A DNA stretch of 63,713 nt, filler included, from Lenisia limosa (lineage: Eukaryota > Protista > Breviatea), in assembly GCA_001655205.1 (NCBI GenBank). It is 16 parts of 16 records of this genome, joined end to end, with 100 filler letters (N's around TTAATTAATTAA, not from the genome) between each part and the next. Parts side by side here need not be neighbours in the genome. Positions count along the whole stretch, not along the records: positions 1 to 3,761 come from LPNZ01010681.1; positions 3,862 to 5,600 come from LPNZ01006663.1; positions 5,701 to 9,656 come from LPNZ01011598.1; positions 9,757 to 12,249 come from LPNZ01000708.1; positions 12,350 to 14,610 come from LPNZ01006837.1; 11 more parts are not named here. One strand, 5' to 3'. Shown here piece after piece: positions 1 through 12,846 of the stretch. Each line of letters opens with the position of its first letter. Position 1 is the first letter of the stretch. Under the pieces are notes generated by a model. The model was not told where the DNA came from and made no database searches. It saw only the letters and a program-made list of their open reading frames with translations. The translations under genes were made by a program, and so were the position numbers.

Positions 1-105
1 CAAAGCCCAAGCCAGTCGCTTCTGCATCGCCGCATCCCATCATAAACAATAATTATGAAATTTAAACTCAATAATAATAAAAAAAATAAGAGAGATTCCC
101 CTTAC

Positions 106-1952
106 AGCTGAAGCAGAAGACGAGTATCATATTGATGGAGAGCATAATAACTAAATAGTTAGTTCAAATACATAATATATATGAAAAAAATCACACAACG
201 CAATCATTTCCATATAGGCAACATTTCTATAGGTAACCCTTTCCATATAAGGCAACCCGCCCACAGAAAATCATGCCCATGAAGAAGACGCCCTCCAGTT
301 CGCCGTTCACGGGGTGGGTGGTATCGGTCGTATCGTCCCCCCACTTGATCTCCTGGATCCAGATCTTCTTCTAAATTCGGTAAGTGACTGAACAAAAAAA
401 GGTGGGGTGTAATCAAAGAATAAATGTGGGAAATGATCACATATCCACATGTTCTTCGACCGAGCCAGAATTCAATTACATCACCCAACTTAAAACAACC
501 AACTTAAGATTCTATAACTTCTTAAACTCTATATAACCACCTGAGTTATTCTTTAACCAACTTAAGACATTCTATGACCCCATAAAAGCAGCAAACCTGT
601 GATTTACTTGAATCCTCGATTTTACGATGTTCCACGTGTTTGAGGTAGTAGTCCATGATAGTCACGACGTCACTGGATTTATCTTCGAGCCGCGTATAGT
701 ACCAGGGGTAGTACTGTGAAGGGGTTGGGATTAGGGCTTCACTTCGGTTCGAAAAAACCCCGTTAAAATATCGATAGTTTTCGAGGATGAAGTACATACA
801 TATCATACATTGATATATGATAAACGATATATTACTATAGGAAGGTTACACCCCACACCCACGTAGGAGAGTATCGTCAGAATGCAAGAAACCAGGACCA
901 AAATCAGGATATAGGCGCGACCAGACCACTCGAACCTGACAAGTGAGGAAATGAATCAAACGCTAAAGAAAAAAGCAAGTGAACATAGAAAAGTTTAAGA
1001 TATTAAAATGACTCTCCAATTGTGGATGATATTGTTATTTTCATTTTTGATACCTCAAGGAGAAATAGAAATATTATATCATATACTATATGTAGATATG
1101 AAAATATTTTGCTAAATTATATTCCTCAAATCTGAAAGGAAATAATGTATCACACAACAAAAACACAATAAATTTAATCGTGGGATAAATGTATAAAATT
1201 TACGGAGGTTCTTGTGCTGGAAGAAAATGCCCCTCCTCCCCGCTCCCTTCATAAACACCACTAACTTCCCATCCCCCTTATTTACCAAATCATTTTATGG
1301 ACAGTTTCGTGAAGATGCATGTATTTCATATTATGGACAGTTTCGTGAAGATGCATGTATTTCATTTTATGGACAGTTTCGTGAAGATGCATGTATTTCA
1401 TATTATGGACAGTTTCGTGAAGATGCATGTATTTCATATTATGGACAGAGTTTCGTGAAGATGCATGTGTTTCATATTATGGACAGTTTCGTGAAGATGC
1501 ATGTATTTCATATTATGGACAGCTTCGTGAAGATGCATGTATTTCATTTTATGGACAGTTTCGAGAAGATGCATGTATTTCATATTATGGACAGTTTCGT
1601 GAAGATGCATGTATTTCATATTATGGACAGTTTCGTGAAGATGCATGTATTTCATATTACGGACAGTTTCGTGAAGATGCATGTATTTCATATTATGGAC
1701 AGTTTCGTGAAGATGCATGTATTTCATATTATGGACAGTTTCGTGAAGATGCATGTAGTTAGGGCTTCCCTACGGTCCGAAAGAGACAGTCAAAACTATC
1801 GACAACCCCCCCCCCCCACTTAAACAGTCTCAGCTCAAAGCTCTTGCTTCCAGACTTGACCTCGGAAGACTGCGGGTTTTCGTGTCGGAAGAGGATAACG
1901 ACAATGAGGATGAAAAGGGCGAACATCGTCATAACAAAGAGTGTGTATAGAC
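106..1952 (-). CDS. Multi-pass membrane protein, internal spliced fragment, family unassigned
   Basis: Exons ~1822-1952 (LYTLFVMTMFALFILIVVILFRHENPQSSEVKSGSKSFELRLFK) and ~866-945 (FEWSGRAYILILVLVSCILTILSY) join in phase (AA|G). Further exons ~600-712 (YYPWYYTRLEDK...) and ~106-160 (MLSINMILVFCFS). GT-AG boundaries. Confidence 0.55.
1290..1756. repeat. 36-bp intronic minisatellite, ~13 copies (TATTATGGACAGTTTCGTGAAGATGCATGTATTTCA), further copies at 2113-2172
   Basis: Near-perfect head-to-tail units with no unique spacers. Explains the spurious ORFs 1212-1823, 1427-1762 and 1434-1754. Confidence 0.95.
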
Positions 1953-2349
1953 CTGTGGGGATTATATATGAGTAATGTGCGCGGGGGAGGAGTGACCTCG
2001 GGGCTTTTCTTCCAACACAAATAGGGGTTCACTTCGATTCGAAAAAAGACTGAATTTCTCGATAAATCCTCGATAAATATCGATATTTTACCGGTCTTTT
2101 TNNNNNNNNNNTGACAGTTTCGTGAAGATGCATGTATTTCATATTATGGACAGTTTCGTGAAGATGCATGTANNNNNNNNNNNNNNNNNNNNNNNNNNNN
2201 NTTTCCTAGTTAATGGGGTGTGTGTCATCTTTCTCAACATTGTATGCTGTTTATAACGGAAAAGACACTGACCTGCCTTAATTCCCAACATAATTAACTC
2301 GAATAACTCAAGACGCTTCTTTGCCTTAGCCTTACCCTTACATTCACAG

Positions 2350-2650
2350 ATAAGGACGTTCAGTTGGCAGCACTCTTTGTTTTAGGCAGATCTCTGGAGA
2401 AACTCGAAAGTTTCATTCAAGCTGGTTTGGAGAGGGGGTATTGTTAACTATTGTTGTTGTTTTTGTGTTGTTGTGTTGGTGTGTTGTTTTTTAAGACACG
2501 CAGAAGGCTGTATGCACGGATTTGTAAGGTAACTGCTTGAATTTGAATTATTATGATACTAATCCAATGTGCCAAAAGAGTTGATTTTGGGCTCATTTTC
2601 CAGGACATATGTTGGAAGAGCATCACACGTTGGCGGTTTCGCTAAACAAC
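2350..2650 (+). CDS. Exon fragments of an unknown helical protein
   Basis: In-phase exons (D)KDVQLAALFVLGRSLEKLESFIQA | DTQKAVCTDL | TYVGRASHVGGFAKQQ with GT-AG boundaries. No family recognised. Confidence 0.35.
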
Positions 2651-4152
2651 AGGTAGGGGGTGAGGGGGTGGTAGTTTTCAGCACTCATGAGTTTCTAACA
2701 GAGCTCAAAAATTTAAAAAATTATACTGAGCTTTTTTGTTTGTTTCCTAAATTTTTCAATTTTACCCCCCATTACCTATTTTTAGCGGCGCGGCTGATCA
2801 GTCCGAGAAGCGGCTAAACCTCCTCAAGGACAACGGTCACATTTAAGACGTTTTCAGTCCGCTGTAGCCCCTCTTCTGTTCGTGTGTGTACTTTCCACTC
2901 TATTTCTTTCTGTTTTGTAAATAAAGGTTATTTGCTTTGTTTTTTCCAATCAAAAACGGTTCATGGGGGGGGGGGGGTNNNNNNNNNNNNNNNNNNNNNN
3001 NNNNNNNNNNNNNNNNNNNNNNNNNNNNNNNNNNNNNNNNNNNNNNNNNNNNNNNNNNNNNNNNNNNNNNNNNNNCACATTGAACGAGGGGTGGATAACA
3101 ATAAAAAATGTAGAACAATACACATATTCAAGACAGGGTATGACGACCAATGATCCTAGTTTCAAGAGTTGCAAAAACATCTTTGCAGGGGACTAGATTA
3201 ACAAGGGTGTTGTTTTGTGCAAAATGCAACAGATTCACGGTGTAAACGCTTTTAGCAAGAATAGCACTGACATTGACAATACCCAAAACCATTTTGAAAT
3301 GGAGGACCCTAATAGATCAGAATTAATTGGGCGCTTTTTGTTGTATAAATTCTCCAATTTGACCCCTCCCCGTCATTTGTCATTCGAATAATAATACATA
3401 ATCATAACAATAGCAGAATCTAAACTGAACCATAGTAAACATCATCATAATAAATAGCATAGATCCGAACAGGCTTCGGTGAAGAGCAGGGACTAATCCA
3501 AACCAATCATCTCCGTTTTGTCTACTTCAGCCAATGCTTCGCGCCGCTGGAAATCGAGGTCCTGAGGGGAGTAAAATTGGAAAATTTGTGAAACAAGCAA
3601 ACAAAAAAAAGAAGCTCAAAATCAAGTTGGCTATCCACAACGAAGGAAGTTTCGATGAAGACTTCTGGGCGTAAAGGTACTAAACACGAACCGAAATTCT
3701 GAAACTCCAAACCAAGCAATTGTTAAACAACACGAGCAACAAACGGTTCATAATTAGTACCNNNNNNNNNNNNNNNNNNNNNNNNNNNNNNNNNNNNNNN
3801 NNNNNTTAATTAATTAANNNNNNNNNNNNNNNNNNNNNNNNNNNNNNNNNNNNNNNNNNNNTTATTGGCTCTGATTGTGGGGGACTAATAGCTCTTATTG
3901 AGATCATTTTTTATGAGTGAAAGGACTGTAGACTAGACTTAGGCTACATGTGTCTGAAGGGTGAACAAAAAAGGGCTTTAAGTGCTCTCGTGTAGAAATT
4001 AATGTATGAACATAACTATCTGATACCTACAGTAGAATATATTTTCTATTATACTACTAGAATAGAGTAATATAGCATATAATATGATATATATTTATGT
4101 TGTTAAAAGTCTTGCCAACCTTATTGCCATAATTTGTATCATCACCCTTCAG

Positions 4153-4722
4153 GCACGTATGTACTCTCGTATTCTGCGTGATGATGAAATTACAAACCTC
4201 GCTTCCATTGGGCCTGTTCTGGTTGGAGGAGGGCTTGAGGCAAGTCGTCAAACTTTTTCCTAACTTTTTCCGGTTTTGGGTGCTTGTTAATTCTGGTGTA
4301 GAGACAATTGGGAGGGCACAAGAGTTGTCCCTGATTATATTGATTTTGTTTTTATACTCTTTTTTTTTGTTTCAGTTCCTCTTCCATCTCCCCAGCGCCA
4401 GCTTAGTTGATTTTGGGCTTTTTTTTTAGTTCACAAGCCCAATTTTACTCACCAGTTTGGACGGTTATCATCTCACAAGTGACTGGCCTGGGCTTTGTTT
4501 TGTTGTGATCAACCCTTGTGTGTTTTCAGCCAACATAGTTGATTTGGGCTTTTTTTTTGTTTTATTAATTGTCCAATTTTACCCCCCCCCCNNNNNNNNN
4601 NNNNNNNNNNNNNNNNNNNNNNNNNNNNNNNNNNNNNNNNNNNNNNNNNNNNNNNNNNNNNNNNNNCTAACGCCAACATTCTCGGAGGCACGGTGACTGA
4701 GGAAGTGTTTGTGTACCCCTAA
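4153..4722 (+). CDS. C-terminal fragment with possible LamG/concanavalin-like end
   Basis: Exon ARMYSRILRDDEITNLASIGPVL resembles the LamG 'riYnRaLsadEi' motif. Terminal exon NANILGGTVTEEVFVYP-stop follows a gap. Confidence 0.3.
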
Positions 4723-5744
4723 AATCTCCGACACAATGTCTTGTTTTTTCGTTTTCGCTATAAAGTCTCATGATTAATGGCCCGTTTTTTGTACTGAGGT
4801 GTGTTTGCGTTGAAGTGTGTGTGTGGGGGGGGGGTGAGTAAAAACGGAGAATCTATGAAACAAAGACATGTTGCTACCGCACCGCATCCTTCATCGAAAA
4901 AGGTTTTGAATGAATCAGTTTGAAGAAAGAAAGAGGTACATTCAACCAGACCAACAGAAAGGAGTTACAAAAATATAAACGACAACAGCAGAAGGGGACA
5001 CTCTAAATAGTCAGAAAAAAAAGGAGGGGGGGGGGGCTCAGATAATACTCAGAAATTGAAAGAAATATAGATACCCCGTGATACTGTCTCTAAGTATTGG
5101 AGCCAAACCTAGGTGTCTATACTAACCGCAGGACTAATTCTGACTCATATGTGGAAATCTGATATGCATTGTCATCTACAAAAACATGTTATACTATTTC
5201 CAAGACAACCTGCAAAGATATATGATATGTAGATGAAAACTGTTCAAAAAGGCCGAAGATATCCACGTTATGATAATAATATGCTATAATTATTATCCAT
5301 TCGGAATCCTTCCTTACCCTCAGTACAAGCCAATTCTACGATAAAAATAGAAATGACAACACATTGTACAATGTGTATTATTGTAGTTCTTCTTTCTAAT
5401 TAATTGATACGTTTACATTCTTGTTCTCAAAACACGCTCATAAGGGATATTGGATAAATATTAATTCAGACTCTTTTGACAAACTCATAGACCCAATATT
5501 GAAGCAATCCAAGCCAACCTGCTACTATAAAACTGGCCCGGTATTCCTGTCCACAAGCTGTGCAAGGCGCTTCAGCAGTTGAAGAGCATTCCTGGAGGAG
5601 NNNNNNNNNNNNNNNNNNNNNNNNNNNNNNNNNNNNNNNNNNNNTTAATTAATTAANNNNNNNNNNNNNNNNNNNNNNNNNNNNNNNNNNNNNNNNNNNN
5701 CTACAGTATATGTATAAGACTAACTGTTCCTTGTCATTCTTCAG

Positions 5745-6064
5745 GGGTGGTTGCAATTTCCGCTCTGGACCAGGAGAAATCTGACCCTGTAATCTTGAAA
5801 ATCGAATTCCTTGAGAGAATCTCGATATTCAGCGAAAAGGTTTGTTTGGTGCTCAAATCTGTTCTGAAAGTTCGGTGTTTTATTATTTTGTGTTATTTTT
5901 GTGATATGCACTTTGTACACTATGCTACATGTCCATATTCCAACTCCAATAACTCGCTTCAGGACTCGCAGCTGCCACCGCACTTGGACAAAGCCCCTGA
6001 GTTGACCGAACAGTACCCTTGGTTGGACCTAAGGGATCCCATTCGGTTCTGCATCGCAAAATAG
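5745..6064 (+). CDS. Last two exons of an unknown protein
   Basis: VVAISALDQEKSDPVILKIEFLERISIFSEK | DSQLPPHLDKAPELTEQYPWLDLRDPIRFCIAK-TAG with GT-AG boundaries. Confidence 0.5.
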
Positions 6065-6343
6065 CTGAGATGAGTTATTGCGTCTTGGGGATGCCTTTTT
6101 GATATCATGGGTAGTTTTTTAAGTTTAGGTACTCTAGGTATGTATTTATTGTTTCAATCGCACAATTTCCAGCTGGTTTTTACGATGTTTAAAACTGGGC
6201 TCCACCGAAATGGGTACTCAATTCAATTTTTGGCTTGTGAGCACACACAGTGTTATATGAAATTTGAGAGCGATAGGTGTGGGGATAAACAAACGTGACA
6301 CGGCAACGGTTGAAGTAGTGACCTCACATTGAACAACTCGATT

Positions 6344-9300
6344 TTTATGTCCTCCTGAGTTCACGGAGGAATAGGAGTGGTCGAATTTTCCTTGTACTCG
6401 GTGTATCCGATAAAACGAAGTAAATAAACCAACCAGTTAACCGATATCGGGGTCGTTGGGTCGGTCCAGGTCTTACTACTTTGACGGTCGCTCACGCCAA
6501 GGTGGTTCAGGGTTAAAAGGTGAATACAGTGAGGGGATAGCGGCAGTTTACTGTGTATTTATCCCGCTTGTAAGTTGTCTACAATTACTGAACAGTGCAT
6601 TAAATAAATTACCCATGATGTTGATTAGGCGTCCTTTGGAACAGGCCTCGTTTTGTTCATTTAAACCTAAACAGTTAGGGTCTGGGGGGGGGGGGGGTAA
6701 ANNNNNNNNNNNNNNNNNNNNNNNNNNNNNNNNNNNNNNNNNNNNNNNNNNNNNNNNNNNNNNNNNNNNNNNNNNNNNNNNNNNNNNNNNNNNNNNNNNN
6801 NNNNNNNNNNNNNNNNNNNNNNNNNNNNNNNNNNNNNNTCTAATTGTGCCCCCAGAATTCCTAAATTATTAAAGCTGAAAGAGAGAAGCAGAATAGGTGG
6901 TTTGGGATGATGTGCTCATCTCCTGAAACGGATACTGTGTTTTACATCAAAGGAAATTTAGGTCGGAACCCCCAAATATAGTTTCAATGAAGAGATACCC
7001 AGACTTTTTAAGAAAGGTGGTGGCATTATTCAAAACACAAACAAAAAAAAACGAGATTCATATCCGCCCACCAATATATTGGGTAACGACATAGTACCGG
7101 TCATCTTCCAACTGTCGCTGACACGCACCCTCGAATGCAATGTGTAGGTACTGGTAGGGGTCCCTCGTAGTAGGCAGGTGGAACAGTTNNNNNNNNNNNN
7201 NNNNNNNNNNNNNNNNNNNNNNNNNNNNNNNNNNNNNNNNNNNNNNNNNNNNTTACAATTAGCAGCCCAAGCAGAGAACTTCACAACAATTTGGATCAAT
7301 AAAATAATGGGAATTAGGAATGGCAAAGCGTGAGCCTTCCTTAGACCCAGAATAAACATACAGCTATGGCACTTGAACTGATGGGTGACAGAAGCGATGA
7401 TGGTGTTATTTGGCTCTTCTTTTGAGGGTTCTTCTTGTGATTCTTCATGAGACTAAAGAATTAACGGATTGCTAAAGATGCTGAGCAAACAATAGACACT
7501 GACTTGGATAAGTCTTGACCGGTTTTCCTTGGGAAATCACATAGCAAATCGTTCAGCCTTACCCAGGTCACTGTACATCACCAGGTGATTATGATGTTCA
7601 CCAACCCATCTCACAATGTCAACATCAAGAACTTCCTTCTGCTGTGGGAACCAAGACGGAGAAAACACCTGGTCAGAAATGACTTCGGTATCTTCATACT
7701 CAAAGTCGTCAGCAAAACTGTCACTGTGCTCACATTCAGAACCCTGAACGACGAAATAAGACAGTGTATGGCTAGCTGCTTTGTTTTATCATTTTCAAGT
7801 CATATGCTATTCCGTTTCTGAATCATGGACGGTAAAACAGAAACTTGTTCATCAAAGCCTTACATATGGTAATATATATATAATATACTATATGATATGG
7901 TATCAATTGAAAGGGGTAGGTTATGTATTTCAGACACTTTAATATTTTTAAAAATTTATGATGTTCATATTCCTCCAAACGAACCGGTGGAGATGGAGGC
8001 GTGATTGGAACGGGGGTATACTCTGTCTCAGGAATAATCTAAAGAAATTAAGCTACATTTATGGTGAAGCAAAAAAAAAAAAAGCAGTAGAAATGAGNNN
8101 NNNNNNNNNNNNNNNNNNNNNNNNNNNNNNNNNNNNNNNNNNNNNNNNNNNNNNNNNNNNNNNNNNNNNNNNNNNNNNNNNNNNNNNNNNNNNNNNNNNN
8201 NNNNGAAATAAAAAAAAGCGAAATGAATCTTCTTATGTCGCACGAAATCAAACTCTCTCTCAAAAAAAATAAGAAACCAACGATCCCGCCAGTCCCGTAT
8301 CCGATTCAAACCGCAATAGGGTACTCAGTCAGTTCAGTGACGTGAACGGAATCGGGTGGGCCGGGTTCCTCTGATAGGGGCGAACCTCGTTTCATCTGAT
8401 CTGTGATACGTTGCGATGCCCGCAACCATTCAAATCGGAATTGTAGGAATAAGAAAGGAGCGAAGATTAGATCAAAGGCATCATTACAATTACATTTCAG
8501 TATCAAGCCAGTTATTTAGGGGAAATATCAACAGCAATTGTAGCCCGAAAGAAGTACCACCACCCCACTTTGGCAATTGCTTCCGTTATTCGGTCTCGAT
8601 GCAAGTTTATTGGCCTGATGTTACATGAGTATGGGAGGTATTCTGTGAAACCAGGAAATGACCATTAAAAAGACATGCATGCGATTGAACAATAAACTTT
8701 ATCAATTTTCTTCAAAAAAACTGACGTTCTAGGTTCGAAAAAGTCCTGTTAAATTATGGTAGTTTTCGAGGATTTATCGAGAAATTCAGTCTTTTTTCGA
8801 ACCAAAGTAAAAGTGATACCAAGGTGAAAATATCACTGTGTAACCCTTCCAGCCGCCCCAGGCCACTTTTGATTTTTAGCGTTGAGCACCGGGTGCTCAG
8901 GACCAGACATCGCCGTTATGGTCAGAGATTTCGGGGGGTACACAGGGGATCTAGGGTGATTAAGGTGTGACGACTTACGAGTATTTCATATGAAGGGTTT
9001 CGTGCAATTAATTTTTTGAAGTTATTAATTGACAAAATTTGAAATTACAGTGTCTGAAAAGGAGTTCCCATAACAATAGGTCTCACGTCAAATTTTATAA
9101 TTAATTTTTCAATGGAGCCCTGATATTAAGGCATTGATTTGAGACTGAAAGAGGCAGTGAACTGTCGAAATTTATCTTATAATCGCGAAATTTATTTCGA
9201 GATAGAGAGAATATAGCAAAGCGATCACAGGAGCCTGCAGACAGAACACCTACCCGATTTGGAAGGCTGGAGGCGAGCGATAGGCTTGCATGCTCAAAAG

Positions 9301-9656
9301 AACGGGGGCATATCCACATGGAAGTTCCAGAACAATCCACTCAGTTTCGTTGGGCTCAATGCTACCTGAGGAACTCCAAAACTCCAATCGCCCCATTCTA
9401 AACTGTCAACTCTGATGATTTCTTCAAACATTCATCATAATGAAGAAATCATCAGAGTTGACAGTTTAAAAAGACTTTTATACAGCTAATCCACCCGCTC
9501 CATAGCCCAATAAGAATCCAAATCTAATAAAGAAGAAACGCTTTGATAAAACCCCAACATCAAGATAGAGTCGCCTCACCCACCCTGAAGCAAAAGAAGG
9601 CCCCTGTTCAGGGCTGTCCTCAGAGCTGAAAGACGATATTTCGTAGGGTATGGCTT
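6344..9656 (-). CDS. Protein resembling the C-terminal galactose-binding-like domain of At4g00755-family F-box proteins (5'-truncated)
   Basis: Spliced exons YEISSFSSEDSPEQGPSFASGW | FRMGRLEFWSSSGSIEPNETEWIVLELP...MQAYRSPPAFQIG | SPVYPPKSLTITAMSG and LFHLPTTRDPYQYLHIAFEGACQRQLEDDRYYV match, from memory, the family motifs YWSSKG / AYFQPGSPIYSAKAVRFRMG / LQIELLGRVQRQEMDGLFYI. The F-box itself is not in the window, and membership of the last exons (6344-6684) is uncertain. Confidence 0.5.
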
Positions 9657-9757
9657 NNNNNNNNNNNNNNNNNNNNNNNNNNNNNNNNNNNNNNNNNNNN
9701 TTAATTAATTAANNNNNNNNNNNNNNNNNNNNNNNNNNNNNNNNNNNNNNNNNNNNT

Positions 9758-12022
9758 ATCAAGGGCTGGGACCTGGGTGTGGCAACTATGAAGAAAGGCG
9801 AGCGCGCCATTTTCACCATCAACTCCGAGCTTGCTTACGGACCTGGGGTGGGGAGAGGGCTAGTAAACGTAACAGTATGTGATGCGTCAATAGAGTTGAT
9901 TTCCCCCTCATACATTCGTATAACGTACGCTGGAGTGATGGGATTCGGCCTGCAGAAGAGACTGGCCTGGGCATTTTTAATGTTTTGCTGTTCTCAACCC
10001 TTATGTGTTGTCAGCCAATGGAGTTGACGCTTTTCTGTTTCTTCGAAATTTCCTTCGTTTTACTACCCCCTCTCAACCCTTGTGTCAACCCATACACTTT
10101 CCATTGACTCCTTTAGGGTCAAGGATCCATCCCTGCCAACGCCACGTTGACGTTTGATGTTGAGCTCTTTTCATGGGAGGTCGAGCCGACCACCAACGAG
10201 GAGAAGATCGAAGTGGGTGGATGGGTGCGATTTGAATATAACATACAGTGACTGAATTAAGTCTTGGCCGATTTTCCTTGGGAAATGACATTGCAAATCA
10301 CTAATCTTTTTTTTTTTGTTTTAATCTACATATCAAATGATTTGCTTGTTTCTTTTTACATTCTTCCAAGGCTTCACTTTTGTGGGACAAATATCGAATG
10401 TTTTCGAGGATTTATCGAGAAATTCATTTTCGAACCGAAGTGAAGCCACTCATATTTGCTTGTTTTTATTTTGGGGTTTTATATTTTCCATTTCACTATT
10501 TCTTTCTTTCTTTTTTCTTTTGTTTTTTAATGTGTCGTCTCACCGCCATTATAGGCTGCTAAGCTGAAGAAGGAGGAGGGTACTGTGAACTTCAAGGCCA
10601 AGAACTATCAACAGGCTGTTGCCGACTATATGAAGGTTTGGGGGGAATTGATGGTTGGAAAGATTCTCTGTTTTCTTGACTGTTAGAATAATATATCACA
10701 TGCTGTGATATATTATACAATGTTGTATATTATTTGATATGTTAATAGTAGGGCACCTTGCAATTAATTGCCAATTAATTGAAAATAATTGCGTAATTTG
10801 CAATTTTTTTGTAGAAAATCATAGAAAATCATATTATCTACAACATTATTTTGAATTAAGCTAATTATTGAGTGGCTGTTGGAAACTTTCAAAATATAAA
10901 GGTTTAAACAGTTTTCATTTCAGATTTTATGAGAATAAAATACTGAAGAATATACTTGTGCCCAGTCAAAAATACGGAAGTTTTTTCTCTTTTCGACTAA
11001 TTACATTTTTCAATTAATTGCCAATTATTTGCGACGGTCAGGTAATTAATTGCAATTAATTGCACGGAGCCCTAATTAATAGTGTTACTAATGTAATAAT
11101 CTCTGATTCTCTAGGCTATTGATTACTCCGATTTCCTTTTCGAGCTTTCCGGTACGGGGGTCTGGGACAAGACTGAAATGTGTCACTGGGAGGGGGAGAG
11201 GTAATGTTGGCGCAAAGGTCCTAAACACTAATCACTTGTCACTTTATATTTCTCAACAGCAGACGCTAGGTAAAACCTCACCCCTTCTTCTTATGTTGTT
11301 TTTTGTTTATTATTGTGTTTACCCCCAATAGACGAGGACAAGAAGTTGACAAAGGAAATCTCTACTGCCTGCCACAACAATGTTGCTCAGTGCTACCTGA
11401 ACATGAAGAAGGTATGACTGACTTTTATAAACATGAAGAAGGTGTGAGCGACTCTTATTAACGTAGTCATATTATGAGCGTTCCACACTTATTGTTCACA
11501 GCATGGCTTATCTTCGATTTGACCCTCCCTTTGCTTTTTTGTTTGAATAAAATTTCCCTTTCACCTTTCATAAATTTTCCAGTTTTACTCCCCCTCCCCC
11601 CCACCTCTCACTGGTTCGTATCTGCTTGATACTCAATGTTAGCCTTTATTTTCTCTCTTTTGCTTCTAAATCAAAAACAGTATATACTCCGCATTAGCAC
11701 CAGTATATAATACCTGCCTCCCCATTGACATTGTTTTTTTTTTTTCAGATTATTCGGTTCGTGATTTGTACCTAAAAGCCAATATTCTTCATAGACATTT
11801 ACTTCGTTTTAGCCCCCCCCCCCATTTTCTATATCATTTTGTTTCTGACATTTAAGTGGATATACTCATATGATATATAAATACTGTGTCTACTGTACAT
11901 GTTAGCTATAAAGGCATACAGTAATATATATTAACACCGCAGGGAGCCCAGGCTCTTGAGTACTGTGACAAGTGCATTAACCATTCTCCGGAGCCGAACT
12001 CCAAGGCCCTCTATCGCAAGGG
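9758..12022 (+). CDS. FKBP-type peptidyl-prolyl isomerase with TPR domain (FKBP4/5-like immunophilin), partial
   Basis: IKGWDLGVATMKKGERAIFTINSELAYGP...IPANATLTFDVELFSW (FKBP domain), then AAKLKKEEGTVNFKAKNYQQAVADYMK, ACHNNVAQCYLNMKK and KALYRK (Hsp90-binding TPR motifs), across about 6 exons. Confidence 0.9.
10749..11074. mobile_element. ~325-bp non-autonomous TIR element in an FKBP intron
   Basis: The left end TAGGGCACCTTGCAATTAATTGC and the reverse complement of the right end TAGGGCTCCGTGCAATTAATTGC match 21/23. Many internal CAATTAATTG motifs. Fragments at ~8995-9125 and ~45540-45575. Confidence 0.75.
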
Positions 12023-12846
12023 TGTGGAGGTGACATCAGTAGTAACATAGCTTTTTAATGGGTATTGTATGCCGTAATCTAAAACGTTTTACCGCAAGGG
12101 TTTGGGAGTGTGGGGGGGAGAGAGAGAAAAAAACTAAGCAATTTGACGTTGTATTCTTTGGGCTTTCCTACGATCCCAAAAAAGATTGAATGTCTCGATA
12201 AATCATCGATAAAAATCGATATTTTACCGGTCTTTTTCGGATCGGGTGTNNNNNNNNNNNNNNNNNNNNNNNNNNNNNNNNNNNNNNNNNNNNTTAATTA
12301 ATTAANNNNNNNNNNNNNNNNNNNNNNNNNNNNNNNNNNNNNNNNNNNNCATGACATAAAAAAACAAAGCCGCCGTGAAAATAATAATAATACATAAAAC
12401 TATATGATATATCGATATATATATAATAACCCATGACCCCCCACACACACACATGTAAACAATAACGCCGGATCTTTGTGACCCTTGTTTCAAGAATCTG
12501 CAACACAATAACACTCATACACATACCTCACCCCCCCCCACCCAAGCAAACACCAGCGGGATGGTGTCGGTAGCTCTGCTATAGATTACATGGGTCCACC
12601 CAGCCTTCTTTCCAATCTGAAAATATGAGTCCAAAAAATGTCATATTGAATGAGTATATCAAATATATTGCTCTACTCTAAAAATCTGAAGGGAACAAAA
12701 TCATCTTTCTCTCCAGAAGAAAAATCAGAATTTACCATGTTACTGTACATCGTTTCCATACACATATTAACCCTGGGGTTCTAAGACGATTTGAGAATCA
12801 ATTTTACTTTAATAATTTGGGTTGAACCAATCAAATAGGAACGTAG

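Noticed and set aside
1290-1756. CRISPR array (36-bp repeats)
   Set aside because: The units are contiguous with no unique spacers, there are no cas genes, and the context is a eukaryotic intron.
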